A stretch of DNA of 64,000 bases, taken from assembly GCA_041652815.1 (NCBI GenBank), contig JBAZGN010000004.1, positions 15,890-79,889 of the forward strand, read 5' to 3'. Origin of the DNA: Candidatus Omnitrophota bacterium (lineage in GTDB: Bacteria > Omnitrophota > Gorgyraeia > Duberdicusellales > 4484-171). The position numbers were made by a program, and so were the translations under genes. Below the pieces are notes generated by a model. The model did no database searches and was not told the origin of the DNA. It saw nothing but the letters and a program-made list of their open reading frames with translations. Positions 21,287 through 30,564 of the stretch are shown one piece after another; position 1 is the stretch's first letter; the number at the start of each line of letters is the position of its first letter.

Positions 21287-22215
21287 AAAAAACTATAGAT
21301 TTAGCCATAATCGGCGGCGGTATCGCGGGAGTTAGCGCTGCTATTTATGCAAAGAGAGCAGGTTTAAATTTTTGTCTTTTTGAGCCGAAAGCAATCGGCG
21401 GCCAGCTCTTACTTATGGAAACTGTCGATAACTATACGGGTATTTCTCTTGGTACAAAAGCAATAAACCTTGCCACACAGCTTGAAGATACCATAAAAGA
21501 ATTACAGATAGAGGTGATACCCGAAGAAATATCAAAATTTGAAATATCAGGCAAGCAGATTAATTTGACTACTTCTGAAAACTCATTTGTTGTTAATGCA
21601 GCTATAATTACAACCGGCGCATCTTTTAAGAAGCTTGGTGCAAGCCGTGAGGAGGAGCTTACCGGAAGAGGAGTTTCTTATTGTGCTATTTGTGATGGTT
21701 TTTTCTTCAAGAATAAAACTGTTGCGGTTGTCGGCGGCGGAAATAGCGCGGTTGAAGAAGCGTTATATCTTTCGAATATCTGCAGTAAAGTATATTTGAT
21801 ACATCGGCGCAAAGAATTACGTGCGATAGAATACCTGCAAAAAGAACTTTTACGTAAAAGTAATGTTGAAATTATTTTTGACACGGTTATCGAAGAGTTA
21901 AAGGGTGCGGATTGCCTTACGGGCGCAGGTATAAAAAATACAATTACTGGGGTTTCCGGCACTCTTTCTCTAAATGGTTTATTTGTAGCCATAGGAGTAA
22001 ACCCGAACACGCAAGCCTTTAAAGATGCAATATCGCTTGATGAATCCGGCTTTATTACTACTGATGAAGAAATGAAGACAAATCATAATTTTGTCTGGGC
22101 AGCAGGTGATTGCAGGAAACGCCCGCTACGGCAACTGGTAACCGCATCCAGTGAGGGGGCAATTTCTGCGGTGAGTGCTTATAAATACCTTAAAGGCGGG
22201 TATATTAGCGCATAA
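21283..22215 (+). CDS. trxB: Thioredoxin-disulfide reductase
   Basis: '[12 protein letters not shown]' FAD site, redox 'CAICDG' and '[13 protein letters not shown]' NADPH site. Confidence 0.85.
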   Translation: MKKTIDLAIIGGGIAGVSAAIYAKRAGLNFCLFEPKAIGGQLLLMETVDNYTGISLGTKAINLATQLEDTIKELQIEVIPEEISKFEISGKQINLTTSENSFVVNAAIITTGASFKKLGASREEELTGRGVSYCAICDGFFFKNKTVAVVGGGNSAVEEALYLSNICSKVYLIHRRKELRAIEYLQKELLRKSNVEIIFDTVIEELKGADCLTGAGIKNTITGVSGTLSLNGLFVAIGVNPNTQAFKDAISLDESGFITTDEEMKTNHNFVWAAGDCRKRPLRQLVTASSEGAISAVSAYKYLKGGYISA

Positions 22216-22243
22216 TAAACAGATGGCAGATGGGAGGCGGTGA

Positions 22244-23194
22244 GTGAAAAAAACGATTTCGTTGCTGTTTAAACTTTTCGTAAGCCTTGCCATTCTTTTT
22301 GTTCTTTTTAAACTGGTCCCTTATAAAGAATTAATCGAAGTTTATAAAAAATCGCAAAAGCTGTATATTTATTTATCTTTTCTCGTCTTTATTCTTACTT
22401 CTGTGATTGGTGTTTTTCGTTGGCAGTTTCTTCTTCATGCGCTTGGCGTAAAAGTTTCAACTAAAAACGCTTTCTCGTCCACCTTTGCAGGGCTTTTTTT
22501 TAACCTCATATTTCCTTCTTTTGTCGCCGGAGATATATTTAAGGGCTTTAGCATATCAACGCACCACGGCCAGGCAAAAAAAGTTGCCTCCAGCGTTCTT
22601 ATGGATAGATTTAGCGGCGCAATTGCGTTAGTTTTAGTTGCATTTTTTTCTTATATGTTCGGCAGGAATATTTTTCGGGAGAAAGAAGTCGCATTATCCC
22701 TTGGTTTATTATGTTTGGTCATCGGCATTGTTTCATGCATAATTTTCAGTAAAAGGATTTTTTCTTTTTTGCTTAAAATTCTGGGCAAAAACCATTCTTT
22801 AAAAAGCAAGTTGGTAGATTTTCACGACCATCTTTATTTTTTCAGAAAAAATCCCTCAGTATTTCTAAAAAGCATGTATTTTTCTTTACCTATCCAGCTT
22901 CTTACTCCGCTTATGTTTTACGTAGGCTCAAAAGCATTTGGGTTACATGTCAGCATGCTGTATTTTTTTATTCTGGTTCCCATAATAATGATGATAGCCT
23001 TAATTCCTATTACAATCGCCGGTGCAGGAACGCGCGAGGCAGCTTCAATTTACTTTTTTTCGCTAATCGGCATAGACAAAACCATAGGCTTAGGCCTTTC
23101 TCTTTTAAATTTAGCATTTACTATATTTGTGGGGTTACTTGGAGGGCTTTTTTATGTTACTGTATATCATCGACGGCTTCAATCTCGTTCATAA
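22244..23194 (+). CDS. Flippase-like/UPF0104 (lysyl-PG-synthase TM-region-like) membrane protein
   Basis: GTG start; 8+ TM segments; 'AGAGTREAASIYFFSLIG' motif of the UPF0104 family. Confidence 0.5.
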   Translation: MKKTISLLFKLFVSLAILFVLFKLVPYKELIEVYKKSQKLYIYLSFLVFILTSVIGVFRWQFLLHALGVKVSTKNAFSSTFAGLFFNLIFPSFVAGDIFKGFSISTHHGQAKKVASSVLMDRFSGAIALVLVAFFSYMFGRNIFREKEVALSLGLLCLVIGIVSCIIFSKRIFSFLLKILGKNHSLKSKLVDFHDHLYFFRKNPSVFLKSMYFSLPIQLLTPLMFYVGSKAFGLHVSMLYFFILVPIIMMIALIPITIAGAGTREAASIYFFSLIGIDKTIGLGLSLLNLAFTIFVGLLGGLFYVTVYHRRLQSRS

Positions 23195-23618
23195 AATACC
23201 TTCCGTAAAAAAATCAGACATTCCGCAGCTTGAACTTATCCGTTATATAAAAAAACATAAACTTACCGGAAGCCTCAATAACAAAGTTATTGTTATCTTC
23301 GACGGCTCTGTAGAAATGCAGGCAAGAAATGAATCTGAATTCGAGGTAGTTTTTAGCGGCGAGCGAAGCGCCGATGACTTAATAAAGGCGAGAATAGATA
23401 AAATAAAAAATTCAAAATACCCCGTATCCGAGCTTGTTGTAGTAAGCGATGACCGCGAGATACGTGACTATGCAAAAAAACAAGGCGCAGTATCCCAGAG
23501 AATTGGGGATTTTATAAAGTCGACAAAACAAAGTATTAACGAAGAATCCAAAGATATCAGTTATCCATTGCAAAAAGAGATAACGGATGAGATGCGTAGG
23601 ATATGGTTGAAAGAATAA
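23154..23618 (+). CDS. NYN/PIN-like YacP family RNA-binding/nuclease domain protein
   Basis: Start at internal ATG with GGAGGG RBS; 'LLYIIDGFNLVH' and 'VIVIFDG' NYN signature. Confidence 0.6.
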   Translation: MLLYIIDGFNLVHKIPSVKKSDIPQLELIRYIKKHKLTGSLNNKVIVIFDGSVEMQARNESEFEVVFSGERSADDLIKARIDKIKNSKYPVSELVVVSDDREIRDYAKKQGAVSQRIGDFIKSTKQSINEESKDISYPLQKEITDEMRRIWLKE

Positions 23619-23729
23619 TAAACGTAATGGCTGTCAGCCCTCAGTTTTCAGCTATCAGCAAAAAATCTTAACGCTGAAGACTGACGGCTGAAAGCTGGCA
23701 GCTATTTATTGTTTCTAGTCTGGACAAAA

Positions 23730-24485
23730 ATGAGTTATATTAAGTTTCTTGGAACCGCCGGTGCGAGATTTGTAATGATTAGGCAGCTTCGTTCATCTGC
23801 CGGTATTTGGTTTTCCTATAAATCAACAAACGTATTTATTGACCCCGGGCCGGGCGCTTTGGTGCGTTGCGGCAGCAGCCGGCCGAAACTGGATCCGGCA
23901 AATCTGGATGCGATAATCCTAACCCACAAACATCTCGACCACGCCGGTGACATAAACGCAATGATAGAGGCTATGACCGAGGGTGGGTTTAAAAAAAGAG
24001 GAGTGCTTTTTCTGCCCAAGGATGCGCTGGGGGAGGGTGGCGTTATCTTTTCGTATTTAAAAGATTTTCCGGAAAAAAAAGTTATGCTTGAAAAAGGAAA
24101 TTTCTCGGTAGGAGATATCAAGTTTGAAGTTCCCATAAAAAATCTCCATCCTGTTGAAACTTACGGATTGAAATTTAAAGCAGGTAACGAAGTAATTTCA
24201 CTTGTTTCCGACACTGATTATTTCGAAGATTTAATCGATGCCTACAAGGATTCAACTGTGTTAATTCTTAATGTTGTTTTTTATCAAAAGCGTGACGATA
24301 TCCAACATTTATGTCTTGAAGAAGCGCTGGAAATCATCAAAAAAATAAAACCCAAAAAAGCAATAATTACGCATTTTGGTATGACGCTCTTACAGGCAAA
24401 GCCGCATATCCTTGAAGAAAAAATACGGGAAAGTTTAAAAATGGACATAAGTTTTGCCTATGATGGTATGAAAATAGAGTTTTAG
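23730..24485 (+). CDS. MBL-fold metallo-hydrolase
   Basis: 'ILTHKHLDHAGD' HxHxDH motif. Confidence 0.7.
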   Translation: MSYIKFLGTAGARFVMIRQLRSSAGIWFSYKSTNVFIDPGPGALVRCGSSRPKLDPANLDAIILTHKHLDHAGDINAMIEAMTEGGFKKRGVLFLPKDALGEGGVIFSYLKDFPEKKVMLEKGNFSVGDIKFEVPIKNLHPVETYGLKFKAGNEVISLVSDTDYFEDLIDAYKDSTVLILNVVFYQKRDDIQHLCLEEALEIIKKIKPKKAIITHFGMTLLQAKPHILEEKIRESLKMDISFAYDGMKIEF

Positions 24486-24557
24486 AGCATTGACAAACTT
24501 ATTCTTTTGGTTTATTCTGTCCTATGCTAGTAAAGTCACTAATAAAAATTTAAATAT

Positions 24558-25607
24558 ATGTCAAAATCAGAGAAAAGAAAATTCCAGCGAATAATCTTAA
24601 AGCCTGCCGCAACCGTAAGCAAGGAACCTGTAAAGATTACGGTAATCGATTACAACGAAACAGATTACCAGTATAAAGAGGTCTCTTCCGTAGATGAATG
24701 TCAGACATTTAGGGATAAACCCACTGTTACCTGGATAAATGTTGAAGGTATACACCGGCCAGATATACTCGAGAAGCTTGCCAACTGCTTTAACCTCCAT
24801 CCGCTTATCCTTGAAGACATAGGCGATATTGAACAACGCCCTAAAATGGAGGATTTGGAAAGCTATATTTATGTAGTTTTAAAGATGCTTTCTTATGATG
24901 TTGAAAATGCAGAAATAGAAATAGAACAGATAAGTTTGGTTGTCGGGCATAATTTCGTAATTTCTTTTCAGGAAACAGTCGGAGATGTATTTGACCCGGT
25001 AAGAGACCGCATAAAAAATGCCAAAGGCCGCATAAGGAAAATGGGCGCAGACTACCTGGCTTACGCGCTGGTTGATGCTATTGTAGACCATTATTTTAAG
25101 ATACTTGATGAATTCGGAGAAAAAATAGAATTTTTGGAAGAAGAAATCATAACCCGTCCGGATCAGCTTGTACTTAAGGAAATCTACCATCTAAAGCGGG
25201 AAATAATATTCCTGCGTAAAGTTATTTTTCCTCTAAAAGAGATGCTTCGTTCGCTTGAAAGAAGCGATTCGCCGCTTATCAAAGAGCCGACAAGAATTTA
25301 TTTCAGAGATATTTACGACCACGTTATACAGGTTGCTGATTCAATGGAAATGTTTCGAGAAATGCTTACCGGAATGGTTGAAGCCTATCTTTCCAGCTTA
25401 AGTAATAAATTAAACGAGGTAATGAAGGTTTTAACCGTAATTGCCACCATATTTATGCCTCTTACTTTTGTTACCGGAATATTCGGAATGAACTTCAGGT
25501 ATATTCCCGGTCTCGAAAGAGCCTGGGGTTTTCCTATAGCTGTTATCCTTATGCTTGCAATCGCTATCTACATGCTTCAATACTTCAAAAAGAAAACCTG
25601 GCTTTGA
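24558..25607 (+). CDS. corA: Magnesium/cobalt transporter CorA
   Basis: 349 aa; C-terminal two-TM region with 'GMNF' motif. Confidence 0.85.
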   Translation: MSKSEKRKFQRIILKPAATVSKEPVKITVIDYNETDYQYKEVSSVDECQTFRDKPTVTWINVEGIHRPDILEKLANCFNLHPLILEDIGDIEQRPKMEDLESYIYVVLKMLSYDVENAEIEIEQISLVVGHNFVISFQETVGDVFDPVRDRIKNAKGRIRKMGADYLAYALVDAIVDHYFKILDEFGEKIEFLEEEIITRPDQLVLKEIYHLKREIIFLRKVIFPLKEMLRSLERSDSPLIKEPTRIYFRDIYDHVIQVADSMEMFREMLTGMVEAYLSSLSNKLNEVMKVLTVIATIFMPLTFVTGIFGMNFRYIPGLERAWGFPIAVILMLAIAIYMLQYFKKKTWL

Positions 25608-25630
25608 TAGCAGTTTTAATTAGCTAAACC

Positions 25631-25708
25631 GGCCCCATCGTCTAGCTTGGCCTAGGATGTCAGCTTCTCAAGCTGAATACACCGGTTCAAATCCGGTTGG
25701 GGCTGCCA
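25631..25708 (+). tRNA. tRNA-Glu (anticodon CTC), CCA encoded
   Basis: Cloverleaf parsed by hand: acceptor GGCCCCA/TGGGGCT, D stem GTCT/GGAT, anticodon stem TCAGC/GCTGA with loop TTCTCAA, T arm ACCGG-TTCAAAT-CCGGT; weak hairpin plus T-run follows. Confidence 0.8.
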
Positions 25709-25854
25709 TAAAAAATCCTCACCATTTTTTGGTGGGGATTTTTTTATGTATGCCCCACTGATTTGAATCCAGCGTACGAAGTACCCCGGTTCTAACCGCT
25801 AGAATCCAGCCTTTCCTAAAAGCGGTTCCACGAGCTCCGCCTGTGGCGGGACGA

Positions 25855-25874
25855 GTGAAATCCGGTTGGGGCTG
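25855..25874 (+). repeat. Direct repeat of the tRNA-Glu 3' end (att-like remnant)
   Basis: 17 bp identical to tRNA positions 25689-25705 (AAATCCGGTTGGGGCTG), about 150 bp downstream of the tRNA. Confidence 0.6.
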
Positions 25875-25948
25875 TTGCTTTCTTAACCTTCTGTGATATA
25901 TTGTTACAGAGGGTTTTATTGAATTTAATAATAAAAAAGGGGAGTATG

Positions 25949-27013
25949 AATAAAAAAATAACTGTTATTTTATCGTTAATGTTTTTATTTATTTCTTCAT
26001 CGGTTTTTGCTGAAACAATTGTTCTTAAATCAGGCAGAACCGTAGAAGCAAAAATACTGAAAAAAACAGATAACTCTATAAAAGTAGATGTAGAAGGTAT
26101 ACCCATAACCTACTATCTTAATGAGGTTGAAAGTATCGATGGTAACAGAATAAATATTGCATCTTCTGCTAAAGACTCCTCTTCCGACAATAAATCTTTA
26201 TCACAATCGCAAAATGAAAACCCAAAAGCCAAAGCATTTTTTGAGAATGGAACAAAATATTTCGAACAAGCCAACTACACTGAGGCAATAAAGGAATTTA
26301 CCAAAGCAGTAGAGATTAATCCTGATAATGCAAGAATTTATGTTAGTATTGGAATGTCTTATGCTGGATTAGGTCAAACACAGCTGGCAATAGGGAATAT
26401 CCAAAAAGCAAGGGAATTGTTACGTAGGCAAGGTGATTATTTAGGCGTTGACGCAATGGACGAGTCTTTGGCGCACCTTGTTTCACAGAAAAAAGAAATT
26501 TCTATAGAAGGAAATATTTCTGATTACGCCAAAGTCATTGAGGCCGATCCGCAGAACGGTTATGCTTACGTAATGCGAGGCAGGCTATATAAGAAAAATG
26601 GCAATTTTGATAATGCTATTTCTGATTACACTAAGGCTATCGATATTAATCCAAAAAATGTATTTGCCTATAATGGTAGAGGGCTTACTTATGAGGAGAA
26701 AGGTCTTTACGACCAGGCCATTTTAGATTTCACCAAAGCTATTGAAATATCTCCAATATATAGCACTGCTTATGGGAACCGTGCCTATGCTTATGTATTG
26801 AAGGGTAATTTAGAACAAGCGATACCTGATTATAATAAACTTATTGAAATGAAACCGACTGATTCCGATGTTTATATTGGTAGAGCCTATACTTATTATC
26901 TTATGAAAAGGTATGATAAAGCCTGGGATGATGTGCATAGGGCAGAATCTCTCGGTTACAATAACCCCACATTTATTAACGAATTAAAAAAAGCTTCTGG
27001 TAGGGATAAATAA
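25949..27013 (+). CDS. TPR-repeat lipoprotein/secreted protein
   Basis: Signal peptide; multiple 34-aa TPR units ('AIxDYTKAIEINP' recurrent). Confidence 0.7.
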   Translation, partial: NKKITVILSLMFLFISSSVFAETIVLKSGRTVEAKILKKTDNSIKVDVEGIPITYYLNEVESIDGNRINIASSAKDSSSDNKSLSQSQNENPKAKAFFENGTKYFEQANYTEAIKEFTKAVEINPDNARIYVSIGMSYAGLGQTQLAIGNIQKARELLRRQGDYLGVDAMDESLAHLVSQKKEISIEGNISDYAKVIEADPQNGYAYVMRGRLYKKNGNFDNAISDYTKAIDINPKNVFAYNGRGLTYEEKGLYDQAILDFTKAIEISPIYSTAYGNRAYAYVLKGNLEQAIPDYNKLIEMKPTDSDVYIGRAYTYYLMKRYDKAWDDVHRAESLGYNNPTFINELKKASGRDK

Positions 27014-27323
27014 ACCTATATTAATTGTAAAACAGACATTTCTTCATACACTTTTCCAACTTCTTCTGAGAGAATAAAAGTTCTAAAATCGTCCACGAAG
27101 GGCATTCCTTTGCGATATTCTTTAACCCCAAATTGTTCCCCTATGTATCCCCCGAAGCCATACCATTTTGAATCCCGTGCGCACAGTATTCGGTTTGTTC
27201 TTTATTCTTCTTTATGCTATAATTTTTCCATGCATTTTATGAGGTGGCACAGGTCTTTAGCGCAAAAGATTTCTCAGGGCGCAGAAGAAAGTGTTTTAAT
27301 CGATGCCTATTGCAGGAGGTAAG

Positions 27324-29825
27324 ATGCCAACAGCAAAAAATAACTTACAAGATAATTGGATTACGGTAAATTCGGATATGACAGAAAAGGGTATTGAGCA
27401 TTCTTTCTGGTCTATCCTTAAATTCAGATTGGGAAAAGATAAATATACTGCGACCAAAGAAGATAAGTTTATGGCTCTGGCAACCGCATTAAGGGACAGG
27501 CTTATTGAGCGATGGCTAAACTCGCAGGAGGCATTTCACAAATCCAATACAAAGCGGGTTTATTATTTATCCCTTGAATTTCTTATCGGAAAATTGTTTG
27601 AGACAAATATGCTCAATCTCGGGTTGCAGGAAGAAATAACAAAAGTAGCGGATGATGTTGGTATTAGTATTGAAGATTTAATGGAGTGTGAGCCTGATGC
27701 CGGTTTGGGTAACGGCGGATTAGGAAGGCTGGCCGCCTGTTTCATGGATTCAATGGCAACACTGGGCATTCCCGCGCACGGCTATGGAATACGTTACGAT
27801 TACGGTATATTCAAGCAAAAAATCATAAACGGCAATCAGGTAGAATTTCCTGACGCCTGGTTTGATAAGAGCGACCCCTGGGAGTTCGCGCGGCCGGAAT
27901 ATACGGTGAAGGTGCGCCTTTTTGGGCATACCCGGATGTTTAACGATAAGCAGGGAAAATTATGTGTAGAATGGATCGACACCAAAGATATCTTTGCCAA
28001 GCCTTACGATATTCCCGTTGTCGGTTATGAAAATGATTTTGCCAATACGCTTCGGCTCTGGGCAGCGCATAGCAGCAATGAATTTGAGTTGGATTACTTT
28101 AACCACGGCGACTATGAGCGCGCTATGATTGATAAGGTTTTCTCCGAGATAATCTCAAAGGTTTTATATCCCGGAGACGCTGCCTACCGGGGAAAAATTT
28201 TGCGCCTCACGCAGGAGTATTTCTTTAGCGCCGCTTCTATTTCCGATATCATCAGGCGTTTCAAAACCGAGAATTCCGACTTACGGCTCCTTCCCACGAA
28301 AGCGGTTATCCAGTTAAACGATACGCATCCTTCTATCGCTATTGCCGAGATGATGAGGATTCTTATTGACGAGGAAGGCATGGAATGGGAGAGCGCCTGG
28401 AAAATCACCCGAGATACTTTTGCTTACACAAACCATACCGTTATGCCGGAGGCATTGGAGAAGTGGCCGGTTTCTACTTTCCAACAGGTGCTTCCGCGGC
28501 ATCTGGAATTAATCTATGAGATAAACCGGCGTTTTTTAGACGAGGTGTCTGTCAGGTTTCCCGGGGATATGGATAGATTAAGCAGGATGTCTATCATCGA
28601 AGAGGGTAACCCTAAGATGGTGCGCATGGCGTATCTTGCGATTATTGGATCGCATTCGATAAATGGCGTTTCGAAATTGCATAGCCGCCTTCTTAGAGAA
28701 GACCTGTTTAAAGATTTTTATGAGATGTTTCCCGAGAATTTCAACAATAAAACAAACGGTATTACCCAAAGGCGATGGCTGCTTAAATCAAATAAAGGCT
28801 TAAGCCGTTTAATCACTGAGTCAATAGGCAATAAATGGATTACTGATTTAAGCCAGACAAAAAAGCTGCTTGATTTTGTAAAAGACAATTCTTTCTGCAA
28901 GAAATGGCAGCAGATTAAGAAAGAAAATAAGCAGGCCTTAGCCGATTTTATTTACAAAGCAAATAATATCCGCGTTAACCCGGATTCTATTTTTGACGTA
29001 CAGGTAAAGCGAATTCATGAATACAAACGCCAATTGCTCCTTTGTGTTTATATTGTTTCGCAATACCTTATGATTAAAAATAACCCAAAATCTTCTTTTG
29101 TCCCCCGGACTTTTATTTTCGCAGGCAAAGCTGCTCCTGAATATTTTATGGCCAAGCGTATTATTAAGTTCATTAATAATATTGCCGAGGTAATCAATAA
29201 AGATAAAGATATTGACGATAAGCTAAAGGTCGTATTTCTTGAGGACTATAGAGTATCTTTGGCAGAGAGGATATTTCCGGCAAGTGATTTATCCGAACAG
29301 ATATCTACTGCCGGCACCGAGGCTTCAGGCACGGGATGCATGAAGTTTATGCTTAATGGCGCACTCACTATCGGCACCTATGACGGTGCAAACATAGAAA
29401 TCTGCGAAGAGGTAGGCGAAGATAATATATTTATCTTTGGCCTGCGGGTAGATGAGATTAAAAAAATCCGACAGAAAGGATATTGGCCGCAGGATTATAT
29501 TAACCGCTCGCAAAGTTTAGGGGAAGCAATCCGCTTTATCCAGAACAATTTTTTCTGCCTGCAAGAGCCGGATCTTTTTAAGCCTTTGGCTGATAACCTG
29601 ATCTATTCCGACCCATATCTTATCTGCGCTGATTTTGACAATTATTGCCAAACGCAGGAAAAAGTTTCAAAGAATTATCTTGATAGTGCAAGTTGGACCA
29701 AGAAATCCATTATCAACGTCGCTAAATCCGGTAAGTTCTCCAGTGACCGGACCATAAAAGAATACGCTAAAGATATCTGGGATGTAGCTATCAACGATCC
29801 GTTGAATCAAAAAAAGAAAAAATAG
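27324..29825 (+). CDS. glgP: Glycogen/α-glucan phosphorylase
   Basis: Start at ATG 27324 with AGGAGG RBS; pyridoxal-phosphate signature 'EASGTGCMKFMLNGALTIGTYDGANIE'. Confidence 0.9.
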   Translation: MPTAKNNLQDNWITVNSDMTEKGIEHSFWSILKFRLGKDKYTATKEDKFMALATALRDRLIERWLNSQEAFHKSNTKRVYYLSLEFLIGKLFETNMLNLGLQEEITKVADDVGISIEDLMECEPDAGLGNGGLGRLAACFMDSMATLGIPAHGYGIRYDYGIFKQKIINGNQVEFPDAWFDKSDPWEFARPEYTVKVRLFGHTRMFNDKQGKLCVEWIDTKDIFAKPYDIPVVGYENDFANTLRLWAAHSSNEFELDYFNHGDYERAMIDKVFSEIISKVLYPGDAAYRGKILRLTQEYFFSAASISDIIRRFKTENSDLRLLPTKAVIQLNDTHPSIAIAEMMRILIDEEGMEWESAWKITRDTFAYTNHTVMPEALEKWPVSTFQQVLPRHLELIYEINRRFLDEVSVRFPGDMDRLSRMSIIEEGNPKMVRMAYLAIIGSHSINGVSKLHSRLLREDLFKDFYEMFPENFNNKTNGITQRRWLLKSNKGLSRLITESIGNKWITDLSQTKKLLDFVKDNSFCKKWQQIKKENKQALADFIYKANNIRVNPDSIFDVQVKRIHEYKRQLLLCVYIVSQYLMIKNNPKSSFVPRTFIFAGKAAPEYFMAKRIIKFINNIAEVINKDKDIDDKLKVVFLEDYRVSLAERIFPASDLSEQISTAGTEASGTGCMKFMLNGALTIGTYDGANIEICEEVGEDNIFIFGLRVDEIKKIRQKGYWPQDYINRSQSLGEAIRFIQNNFFCLQEPDLFKPLADNLIYSDPYLICADFDNYCQTQEKVSKNYLDSASWTKKSIINVAKSGKFSSDRTIKEYAKDIWDVAINDPLNQKKKK

Positions 29826-30213
29826 ATGAACCCTGAAAGGGCTATCTAGATAGTTAAAAAAGGCTCCGACTCTCAATTTTTCCCCCCACCATTGTTAAAA
29901 TATTTTTAAAAATCGTGAAGCGAAAGAAGTAGGTTCTGATTTTATCAGGGGTTTTTGAGGTTGAGGAAAAGCCTATAAGGGTGTATACTGATCAATACCA
30001 GAAATCCTTGAATTAAAGTCAGTGATTTCTAGTATTTATTGCCCCGTCGTATATCGAGCGAAGGCGGGATTAATGGGGTGCGGCTACATTGCGAAATTTT
30101 ATACATTCATATCAAAATTGGATAAAAGTTATGGGTATACCTTTGCTGAAAGCGGTGAAGGTTTTTTAGTTTTTGGGCAGATATTATAAAAAATTATTAT
30201 TGAAAGGAGAAGC

Positions 30214-30561
30214 ATGGAAGATGTTAAAAAAATAACCGAAAAAATTAAAAAATTTCGCGACGATCGAGATTGGATGCAATTTCACGATCCTAAAAATATG
30301 GCTGTTTCAATTATTCTCGAAGCTTCTGAGTTGCTAGAGCACTTTCAATGGAAAACAATTGAGGAGGTGGAGGAGTATTCAAGGCAAAACAAAGGCGAGA
30401 TTAGAGACGAAATTGCTGACATTGCTTTATATCTTTTTGAATTAGCGGATAATCTAGGAATTAATTTAATCGATGCAATGGAGCAAAAACTCAAAAAAAA
30501 TGAAATGAAATATCCAATTGAAAAAGCTAAAGGAAAGCATACTAAATATAACAAATTATAA
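30214..30561 (+). CDS. MazG-like nucleoside triphosphate pyrophosphohydrolase (small, single-domain)
   Basis: 115 aa; 'EASELLEHFQWK' and 'EIADIALYLFELAD' EExxE/ExxD metal-binding helices; strong GGAG RBS. Confidence 0.7.
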   Translation: MEDVKKITEKIKKFRDDRDWMQFHDPKNMAVSIILEASELLEHFQWKTIEEVEEYSRQNKGEIRDEIADIALYLFELADNLGINLIDAMEQKLKKNEMKYPIEKAKGKHTKYNKL

Positions 30562-30564
30562 TTC

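Noticed and set aside
25710-25855. A second, minus-strand tRNA between tRNA-Glu and its repeat
   Set aside because: Pieces resemble T-arm and D-arm sequences (GATTTGAATCCAG, GGTTCTAACCG), but I could not fold a complete cloverleaf on either strand with full acceptor pairing. It is treated as tRNA-derived debris.
27110-27322. 70-codon + strand ORF upstream of glgP
   Set aside because: It lies in an intergenic leader with no RBS, and its composition is unlike coding DNA. The minus-strand remnant reading is more protein-like and is reported separately.
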